From NCBI RefSeq assembly GCF_009914755.1, contig NC_060936.1: DNA of 64,000 bases; one strand, written 5' to 3'. Origin of the DNA: the human T2T-CHM13v2.0 reference genome, Homo sapiens. This document shows, piece after piece, positions 48,931 to 64,000 of this stretch (the first letter of the stretch is position 1; the number at the start of each line of letters is the position of its first letter). The notes below the pieces were generated by a model that was not told the DNA's origin, ran no database searches, and saw only the letters and a program-made list of their open reading frames with translations. The position numbers and the translations under genes were made by a program.

Positions 48931-49989
48931 ATGCAGATGAAGAAAAGGGGTGCTTAAGGAAAATTAGAGTGCTGTTATCAGAAAGGGACCTGGATGTTGG
49001 CAAAACCCACAGATCCCACGGTAAGTACTTTACCTGGCACAGAATCAGTTTTCTAGAGTTTTAATATTTCTTCTTTCTGTTCTTTTTCTAATTTGTTTTC
49101 CCTCCCTACTCCTGACTCCAACCTTTTTACACACATCTTTTAGAAATAAACCTTCTTCCACCTGGTCTGCCAAGATTAGTTCTCACAGTCTCTCCTTTTC
49201 CTAAATCCCTCTAGGAGTTCCATGTGCTCTGTGATGCCTGAAACACAGAGGGGTGGCTTCTTCTTCCTGACTCCAGGCCACACTCACCTGCCAGTCCAAA
49301 CACATCTCTAGTGTAAGGCCCATAATGGTAAACGAAAGGTGATTCTCTTGTATTTGCAAATTTTTTCAGACCTACACACCCACACATTCATATACACTTT
49401 TTTGGCTCATATTTCTCCCAAGATATCAATAATAATGCCAAATTTCTACAACAGTTGATTTTCTGTTTCCTTTCTCCTATCTCTGCCTCCTTTCATCATG
49501 ACTTTACCCTGGCTACATTTTTCTAAAGTTTTGTCCTATTTTTAAATAGGTAATGCATTTGTATGGTTCAAAATTTAAAAGGTTCAAAAGGATATATGCA
49601 GCAAAAGTCACTTCCACCTCTATTTCCAGCTCCCTAAAAACCTCACTGGAGGCAGTGAATGTTAGTTGTTTGTTTATAAATCCTTCCAGAGATATTATTG
49701 TACTTATAAGCAAGTATGTATATAAATCCTTCTTCTCTTTTCTTCTTTTTTATTTTAAACAAATGGTAGTATGCTATTCACACAGCTATGTAACTTGTTC
49801 TGGTTTATTTTATTTAAAAATTATTTTGGAGATTGTGCATATCAGTGCATAAGAGCTTGCTCATTCCTTTTACAGAGGCTCAGCGTCCATTTTATGAATG
49901 TGTCATAATTTATCTAACCAGTCCTCTCTCACTGGACTTTTAGATTATTTCCAATCTTCTGTTTTATAAAAAAAGAAATACACTTCCAC

Positions 49990-50902
<913 letters not shown>

Positions 50903-51251
50903 AGAGCTACTCTCTTATACAGGAAGTACATTTGAAAGGAGTTTTTACATTTTTTCTTGTCTCTTATTGTGGATTGAAAAGCATTAACCTCTGTTAAAGA
51001 AATTTGGGCCACTGAAAGTAGATTAGAAAGAGAGATTGAGGAATTTTCAATGTTCTGGTGTGCCCTTAAATGATACCAGTTCCACTGAAAGTAAAGGCCC
51101 ACCACAAAGAAATTGATGATTCTGGGAACTTCCTTGCTACATTAAATTTTAAAACATTGCACTCAACAATTACCTATAAACTCTTTTACAACCTATTTGA
51201 TATTCCTGGTATTTCCACAAATAGTTTAGAAAAACAATGTGGAGTAAGTAG

Positions 51252-51892
51252 TGAGACAGGATTGTTCCCTTGACCTTGACCCCCTTCGTGGGCGGGAACT
51301 GGAGTGGCTCATTTCGCTCAGCCTGCGGCTGGCCACTCCTCACAAGAGAGAGTGTGCAAGCAAGTGAGTGAGGGAACAGGAGGGAATGAAGGCTGGAACT
51401 GGCCGGTCACTCCTCTCTGGCGGGAGCAGGCTCTGTGCGGGCCCCGCAGCAGCATTCGAGCTCTTGCCCTCTTGGCACCCGGGTTCTTGTCCAGCATCCA
51501 GGAAGAATCAGGTCACACGAATGTATTGAAGGGTAGTGTATGCGGAGGATTTTACTGGGCGATGGATGTGGCTCTCCTTGGAATGGGGAGTTGGAAAGGG
51601 GATGGTGCAGGAAAGAGGTGATCTTTCCCTGAAGCCGCACTGTCTGAAGTTTGCAGTGTCTATCCGCAGTCCCCAGTGCTCAGCCACTTGTATCCCTGAC
51701 GATCAGTCACTTGTCTGCTCACCACTTACAATGCTCTGCCAGCTGAAGTCTTTTTACGGGCACAAGATAGGTGGAGTGGCAGGCCAAAAAATCAATATTT
51801 GGTTGGAAAAACTGGGTCAGCTGTTTTCACTTAGGGCCACAGTTCCAGGCCTAAGGGTGAGGTTTAGCCAGGAGCCCAGCCGTTCTGTATCA
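51252..51892 (-). mobile_element. LTR9-like ERV1 solo LTR
   Basis: Minus strand starts tgatacagaacggctgggctcctggctaaacctcaccc; TSD gtag/gtaa; CpGs relatively retained. Confidence 0.78.
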
Positions 51893-52044
51893 GTAAGATC
51901 CAATAATTTCATATAACGAAGCAGAATGGTGAAACATTATCATAGAAAAAGAGTAGACTCACCTTCAATTTCACAAAAGTGTTGGTTCAAATGTCACCTT
52001 CTCATTGAGGCCTGCTCTAATGATCTAGTTAAAATTTTACTCCT

Positions 52045-52342
<298 letters not shown>

Positions 52343-52381
52343 TTACTCCTTTATCACTCCCAAATCCCCATTAGCAATCTC

Positions 52382-52552
52382 AAACCCCCTTTTTGTTCCA
52401 TCTTTGTTCAAATCTTTTTGTTTTATTCAGGCCTTCAACTGATTGGATGAGGCCCACTTACATTTTGGAGGTCAATCTACTTTACTCAAAATTCACAAAT
52501 TTAAATGTTAATCCCATCTAAAAACACCTTCCATATTGGCACATTAAATTAA
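52382..52552 (-). mobile_element. MLT2 fragment within an L2 remnant
   Basis: Closely resembles 54661-54784 plus 55114-55157. Confidence 0.75.
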
Positions 52553-52945
52553 TTATTAAATCTCACTCAATTATTTTCATTTATAGCTTTTAACACTAAC
52601 TTACAATATATTTTACCTATTTATTATTACTTGTTTTTTCTTTACTGTCTTCCCACGCTAGAATTTAAATTTCATGTGAGCAGGGATTGTCTTTGTTTTG
52701 TTCACTGCTGTGTTCCCAGTACCCAGTAGGCTCTAGGTAATACTTCTTGAATATTTTTCTTCAGGGACTTATTTGTTGTATCCTAAGTTAAAGTGCCCAG
52801 CCCCCAAAAAGTTTAGAGGAAATAAAGGCAAAAATTATTTGTTTTCCTTTGAAATTTCTTTTTGAATAGATACTATACTGTGGTTCAAAATATAAAAATC
52901 ATTCAAAATGCAAAAGTTACACAAGGATAGATGGAAAAAAAATAG

Positions 52946-53760
<815 letters not shown>

Positions 53761-54107
53761 ACATGTGGCTTTTAAAAAATATTTAGCAATACAGAGTGAT
53801 TAAAGAAGAACTGAATGCTTTCAAGAATGTATTATTCAGTAACCTGATTATGTATGAACATTTAGTATGCACATGGGGACACATCAATAATCTTGTGTTT
53901 ATTTTGTTTCTTTTTGCCTTGTGGAAATGAAGTAACACACCATCCTGCCATTTCAGCCTTCATTCTGTTGTGCCACAAAGGGGCTGGGATAAATTAGCCT
54001 ACAGGATTTATAGGTGGTGGGTGGCATGCTAGGGTGGCATACTAAGCATTTCTAAAATTACAACCAATCTTCCAGATTGGCTTTGAATGCACATTCATAC
54101 ATAATGT

Positions 54108-55160
<1,053 letters not shown>

Positions 55161-55214
55161 AATAGGGATACAAAATAATACATTTTTGAAGTGTTCTCTT
55201 TTTTTATAACTCGC

Positions 55215-55511
55215 TTTTTTTTTTTTTTTGAGACAAAGTCTCAGTCTATTGCCCAGGCTGGAGTGCAGTAGCACAATCATGGCTCACTGCAGCCTCACCC
55301 TCCCAGGCTCAGGTGATCCTCCCACCTCACCCTCCTGAGTAGCTGAGACTACAGATGTGTGCCACCATGCCTGGCTAATTTTTGTATTTTTTGTAGAGAT
55401 AGGGTTCCGCCGTGTTGCCCAGGCTTGTCTTGAATGTCTGGGCTCAAGTCATATGCCCACCTCAGCCTCCCAAAATGCTGGGATTATAGGTGTGAGCCAC
55501 CATACCTAGCC
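55215..55511 (-). mobile_element. Alu (J-like)
   Basis: Antisense dimer. Confidence 0.9.
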
Positions 55512-55904
55512 TTGCCTCACCTTATATATCTTAGAAAGGAAGTATGTATTGAGACTGTTATTACCATTCTTTTTAAAAAATATATTATTCTTATCAGCAT
55601 TGCCTTAGCAAAAATTTCACCAGCAGGAAAAACAAAAGACATATGATTCTGATCTGAAACTTGTCTTCCCCACTGTTCTTAAAGTTTGTGCCACAGAGCC
55701 ACCTTATACTCTAATTCTATTTCAGTAAACACATCCTGAGCCTCTATACAATTCTCTAGAGAGATATAAAGGCCCCTTTCTTCCACAGGTTCATAATTCC
55801 TTTGAGGAGATGGACACATACTCAAGTGTTGCTGCTACAATACAGATTAGGGCTGGGCTCAGGGCTACAGCAGGGGCTCAGGGGAGGCTAGAAAAAATGT
55901 TGGA

Positions 55905-56547
<643 letters not shown>

Positions 56548-57213
56548 TAATAATATTAAAAAGAATGTTGGAGAGATGACTCCGGCTGATAAATCTGAAT
56601 GACTAAGAGATGTGAGCAGGGCCTTGAAGGTTGTTGAGGCTTTAAGGAGCTACAATGGGATAAGGTACAGGGGCTGGAAAACACAGATGTCTGGAGGAGG
56701 AACAAGTGGAGTGGGATAGATCCATTCACTCCCAAATTTATTGAGGACATGCTTTCATATAAAAGATTATATTTTCTATAGGATAAACCAAATGGGAGTT
56801 GAGAGTGTCTAAATGGGTGAAAAATTTTTTTTGTATTTTTTACATTAATTAATTAAATGAAAAAATAAAATATAAAAAGAAGGTATTCAATATTAAATTT
56901 GTACCACATTCCACAAATTTTTTTTTAATTTTATGAGAAACTAGAGCTTATTTCTAGGAACATAATGTTTAAAAATTGATATATAATGATTGTACACATT
57001 TCTGGAGCACATGTGGTATTTTGATATATGCATACAACATGTAATGATCAAATCAGGGTAATTGGGATATCCATCACCTCAAATATTTATTATTTCTTTG
57101 TATTGGGAACATTCCAAATCTTTTCTTCTGGCTATTTTGAAATATACAATAAATTATTGTCATCTGTAGTCACCCTATTGTATTACCGAATATTAGAAGT
57201 TATTTCTTCTAAC

Positions 57214-57510
57214 TTTTTTTTTTTTAAGACGGAGTCTCACTTTTTTTGTCCAGGCTAGAGTGCAATGGTACAATCTTGGCTCACTGCAACCTCCGCACCT
57301 CCCGGGTACAAGCGATTTTCTTGCCTCATCCTCCCGAGTAGCTGGTATTACAGGCACCCACCACCACACCCGGCTAATATTTTTGTATTTTTAGTAGAGA
57401 CAGGGTTTCACCATGTTGGCCAGGCTGGTCTCAACTCCTGATCTCAAGTGATCCGCCCGCCTTGGCCCCCCAAAGTGATGGGATCACAGGTGTGAGCCAC
57501 TGTGCCTGGC
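57214..57510 (-). mobile_element. Alu (S-type)
   Basis: TSD tcttctaact. Confidence 0.92.
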
Positions 57511-58971
57511 TCTTCTAACTATTTTTGTACCTATTAACCAACCTCTTTTCATCCTCCTCTACCCTCTACCTTCTCAGCCTCTGGTAACCACCATTCTACT
57601 CTCTACCTCCATGAGATCAACTTTTTACAGCTCCCACATGTGAGTGAGAACATGCAATATTTGTCTTTCTGTGCCTGGCTTATTGCACTTAATGTCCTCC
57701 AGTCTATCCATGTTACTGCAAATGACAGAATTTCACTCATTTTTATGGCTGAATAGTATTCCACTGTACATATATACCACATTTTTTAAAATCCATTCAT
57801 CCACTGATGGACACTTTGGTTGATCCCGTATCTTGGTTATTGTGAATAGTGCTGCAATAAACATGGAAGTGCAGATATCTCTTCAATATAGTGATTTCCT
57901 TTCTTTTGGATATTTACCCAGCAGTTGGATTGCTGGATCATATGGTAGGTCTATTTTTAGTTTTTAGAACCTCCATCCTATTTTCCATAATGACTGTACT
58001 AATTTACATTCCCAGCAACAATGTATAAGAGTCCCCCTTTCTCCACATCCTCATCAACACTTATCTTTTGTCTTTTTGACAATAGTCATTCTAACTGGGG
58101 TGAGATGATATCTCATTGTGGTTTTGATTTACATTTTCCTGATTAGTAATGTTGAATATTTTCTCATATACCTATTGGCAATTTGTATGTCTTCTTTTGA
58201 GAAATGTCTACTCAGATCATTTGCCCTTTTTAAAATTTGATTATTTGGGTTTTTTTGTTTTTGAGTTGTTTGAGTTCCTTATATATTTTAGTTATTAACC
58301 CCTTGTATGATGAATAGTTTACAGTTATTTTCTCCCGTTCTGTAGGTTGTCTCTTCACTCTGTTGATGTTCCTCTTGCTATGCAGAAGCATTTTAGCTTG
58401 ATATAATCCTGTTTGTCATTTTTGCTTTTGTTGCCTGTGTTTTTGAGGTCTTACCCCAAAATCTTTGCTCAGACCAATGTCCTAAAGCATTTTCTCAATG
58501 TTTTTTCTAGTACTTTCAGGTTTTACATTTAAGTATTTAATCCATTTTGATTTGATTCTTGTATATGGTGAGAAATAGGGGTCTAGCTTCATTGTTATGC
58601 ATATGATTATCCAGTTTTCCCAGCACCATTTATTGAAGATACTGTTCTTTCTCCAAATAAGTTCTTGGTGCCTTTGTCAAAAATGAGTTTGCTGAAGATG
58701 TGTGGATTTATTTCTGGGTTCTCTTTTCTGTTCCACTGGTCTATGTGTCTGCTTTTATGCCAGTACTATGTTGTTTTGGTTAGTATGGCTTTGTAGTATA
58801 TTTTAAAGTCAGGTAGTGTGATGCCTCCAGTTTTGTTTCTTGTTCAGGATTCCTTTGGCTATGTGGGGTCTTTTGTGGTTCTATACAAATTTTAGGATTT
58901 TTTTTAATATTTGTGTAAAGAATGTCATCGGTATTTTGATAGGGATTGCACTGAATCTTTAGATTAGGTAA

Positions 58972-59333
<362 letters not shown>

Positions 59334-61544
59334 TAATGTTTTTGAAATAACTCTTCAATTTCTTTTATGAGTGTTGTACAGATTTCTTTGTAGAGCTCTT
59401 TCACCTCTTTGGTTAAATTTATTCCTAGATATCTTATTTATTTTGTAGGTATTGTAAATGGGATTGCTTTCTTGATTTATTTTTCTGATTATTTGCCATC
59501 AGTGTATAAAAGTGTTACTGATTTTTCTATGTTGATTTTGTGTCCTGAAACTTTTCTGAATTCATTTATCAATTCTAACAGTTTTTTGGTGGCATCTTTA
59601 GGTTTCTCTAAATACTAGATCATGTTGTCTGCTAACAAGGATAATTTCACTTCTTCCTTTCCAATTTGGATGCCCTTTATTTCTTCCTCTTGCCTAATTG
59701 CTCAGAATAAAAATGGTGAAAGTGGGCATCCTTGTGTTGTTCCAGATCTTAGAGGAAAGGCTTTCAATTTTTCCCTGTTCAGTGTGACATTAGCTGTGGG
59801 TTTGTGTTTTATGGCCTTTGTTGTTTTGCAGTATGTTCCTTCTATACCAAATTTGTTGAGAGTTTTATCATGGAGGCACGTTGGATTTTGTCAAATACTT
59901 TTCCAGAATCTACTAAAATGATCATATGGTTTTCGTCCTTGGTTCTGTTATGTCATAAATGTGATATATAACATTTATTGATTTGTGGTCAATTCATATG
60001 TTGAACCACCCTTGCATGTCAGGGATGAATACCACTTAATCATGGTGAATGATCTTTATAATGTGTTATTGAATTTGGTGTATTTTATTGAGAATTTTTG
60101 CACGTATGTTCATTAGGGATATTGGCTTGTAGTTTTATTTTATTGTTGTGTTCTTGTCTGGTTTTGGTATCAAGGTAACACTAGCCTTATAGAATGAGTT
60201 TGGAAGTATTTCCTCCTCTTACATTTTTTGAAGTAGTTTGAGAGAACCGATGTTAGTTTTTCTTTAAATGTTTGGTATAATTCAGCAATAAAGCCATCCA
60301 GTCCTGAGCGGTTTCTGCTTGATATTATTGCTTGTTATTGGTCTGTTCAGGCTTTCTATTTCTTCATGGTTCAATCTGGCTAAGTTGTATGTGTCCAGTA
60401 ATTTATTCATTTCTTCTAGATTTTGCAATTTGTTGGTGTATAGTTGTTCATCATAGTCTCTAATAATCCTTTGTATTTCTGTGATATCTGTCGTAATGTC
60501 TTTTTTTCATTTCTGATTTTATTTATTTGGGCCTTCTCTCTTTTTCATAGTCTAGTTAAAGGTTTGTCAATTGTGTTTATGTTTTTTAAAAAACAATCTT
60601 TCGTTTATTTAATCTTTCAAATAGTTTTTTAGTCTCAATTTCATTTATTTTGGCTCCAATCTTTTTTTTTTCCTTCTACTTATTTTGGGTTTGGTTGGTC
60701 CTTGCTTTTTCAGTTCTTTGAGTTTCAACATTAGGTTATTTATTTGAAGTCTTTTTATTTTTTTGACAAAGCATTTATTGCTATAAACTTTTCTCTTAGC
60801 ACTGTTTATGCTGTATCCCATAGGTTTTGGTATGTTGTGTTTCCATTTTCATTATTTTCAATAAATTTTAAAATGTCATTCTTAATTTCTTCATTGACCT
60901 GTTGGTTGTTTAGGAGCATATTGTTTAATTTCCATGCACTTATGCAGTTTCCAATGTGCCTCTTGTTATTGACTTCTAGTTTTATTCATTTTGGTCAGAA
61001 AAGATCCTTGATATGATTTTTATACTTTTGAATTTGTTGAGACTTGTTTTGTGATCCAACATATGATCTGCCCTGCAGAATGTTCCATGTGTTAATGAAA
61101 AAAAAAGTGTATTCTGCAAGAGTTGGATACAGTGCTCTCTAAACATCAGTTAGGGACATTTGGTCTAGAGTTTGGTTTAACTCCAGTGTTTCTTGGCTCA
61201 TTTTCTGCCTCGATAATCTGTTAACTACTGGAACTGGGATGTTGAAATCCCTTACTCATTGTATTGCAGTCTATCTCTCCCTTTAGTTCTATTAATATTT
61301 GCTTTATATATTTTGCTCCTCCAATGTTGGGTACATACGTATTTACAGTTATTATATCCTCCTGCTAAATTGACCCCTTTATCATTATATAACGACTTTT
61401 TTGTCTTTTTAAATAGTTTTAGTCTTGAAGTCTATTTTATCAGATATAAGTAGGCTGACTCTTGCTCCTTTTTGATTTTCATTTGCATGTAATATCTGTT
61501 TGCATGCCTTCACTTCCAGTCTATTTTGTCTTTACAGGTAAAGT

Positions 61545-61765
61545 CTTCCTTCCTTCCTTCCTCCCTTCCTTCCTTGCTTCCTCCCTCCCTTCCTTCTTTA
61601 CTTCCTTCCTTCTTTCCATCTCTCTCTCTTTTTTTTTTCTTTCTTTCTTTTTATTTGAAATGAAGTCTTCCTATGTTTCCCAGGTCTCAAACTCCTGGGC
61701 TCAAGCAATCATCCCACCTCAGCGTCACAAGTGGATAATACTACAGGTTTGCCACACCAAGCCTG
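61545..61765 (-). repeat. (CCTT)/(CT)-rich low-complexity tract plus a degenerate Alu monomer
   Basis: Read directly from the sequence. Confidence 0.7.
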
Positions 61766-62137
61766 ACAAAATTAGTTATTGTAGGTAGCAGATAGTCTTG
61801 TTTTCTTAAAAAAAATCTATTCAGCCACTCTATGACTTTTAATTGAAGAATTTAGTCCAGTTTTGCATTCAGTGTGACTACTGATAGGTAAGAACTTGCT
61901 GCTGCCATTTTATTACTTGTTTTCTGGTTGTTTTGTAACTCCCGTCTTTCGTTCTTACTGTCTTCCTTTGTGGTTAGGTGATTTTCTCTAGTAGTATGTT
62001 TTAATTCTTTGCTTTTTATTTTTAATGTATTTATTATAGATTTATACGTTGGGTTACCATGAGGCTTACCAAAACATCTAATACATATAACAAGTTACTT
62101 TGAACAGATGACAACTTAACTTTGATCAAAATGAAAA

Positions 62138-62425
62138 GATGGGGAGGTGGGGATTGTTAATGGGTTTAAAAAAATAGAAAGAATAAATAAGACCTACTAT
62201 TTGGTAGCACAATAGGACGACTATAGTCAATAATAACTTGATTGTATATTTTAAAATAACTAAGAGAGTTTAACTGGATAGTTTGTAACATAAAGGATAA
62301 ATGCTTGAAGCTATGGATACCCCATTTTCCATGCTGAGATATTATATATTGCATGCCTATATCAGAGCATCTAATGTATGTCTATAAATATATATACCTA
62401 CTATGTACCTGAAAAATCAAAAAGA
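62138..62425 (+). mobile_element. L1MA1-3-type 3' end inserted in the opposite orientation to the host L1
   Basis: aaaaaatagaaagaataaataagacctactattt...ataaatatatatacctactatgtacc. Confidence 0.85.
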
Positions 62426-62426
62426 A

Positions 62427-63075
<649 letters not shown>

Positions 63076-63307
63076 CTTGAAAAGTTTTAAACTCAAACTC
63101 CAATTCTCCTCTCCACATTCTGACTTTTTGTTGTCTCAATTTATATCTTTTTATATTTCCTATCTCCTAATAAATTATTATAGTTATTTGTGTAATATTT
63201 GTCTTTCAGTCTTCATACTAGAGCTATGAGTGATTTATATACCACAATTACAGTATTACAATATTCTAAATTTGTCTGCATACTGAATTTTACCAGTGAA
63301 TTTTATA

Positions 63308-63684
<377 letters not shown>

Positions 63685-64000
63685 TACCTTCAGATGATTT
63701 TCTTGTTGCATGTTAGGATCCTTTTCTCTCAGATGGAAGGACTCCTTTTAGCATTTCTTGTAAGACAGGTCTGGTGGTGATGAATTTCCTGAGCTTCTGT
63801 TTGCCTAAAAAAGTCTTTATCTTTCCTTCGTGTTTGAAGGATAGTTTTGCTGGGTATCACATTCTCAGTTGGCAGGGGTTTTTTCGTTTTTTGGTTTTTT
63901 TTCCTCCTTCAGCACTTTGTGTATGTCATCTCACTCTCTCCTGGCTGGTATGGTCTTTGCTGAGAAGTCTGTTGCCAGATAAATTGAAGCTCCTTTATGT

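Noticed and set aside
54062-54082. Inverted CCAAT pair (CCAATCT-tcc-AGATTGG)
   Set aside because: Isolated 7-bp stem in repeat-rich, CpG-poor sequence; compatible with chance

Overview
Primate (human-type) genomic DNA, very rich in Alu and LTR repeats, with no intact protein-coding region. The left end holds a CpG-island promoter (~1050-2470) driving a minus-strand gene. I recognise its non-coding first exon from memory as the NFYB 5'UTR; the donor is at 1839/1838 and intron 1 runs off the left edge. The other ~61 kb is upstream/intergenic sequence made of about 50 Alus, MIR/L2, old L1 fragments, many solo LTRs (MST, THE1, MLT1, MLT2, MER21, MER65, MER52/LTR27-type, LTR9-type), an ERVL gag/pro/pol remnant and DNA transposons (three MER1, MER58A, MER20, MADE1). 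The most notable non-routine items are: a CELF4-derived retrocopy that seems to retain intron sequence (10025-11331, minus); a ~296-bp inverted duplication flanking a 1.6-kb spacer (18061-20278); an L1 insertion with an apparent 3' transduction (32891-33264); an orphan promoter-like element with phased GC boxes (~35.6-36.3 kb); a CCAAT-box cluster across the NFYB exon 1 donor, suggesting autoregulation; and several local templated duplications. I found no convincing evidence of a wholly new biological system. Gene and repeat-subfamily names come from recall and visual comparison, not database searches, and many repeat boundaries are approximate.
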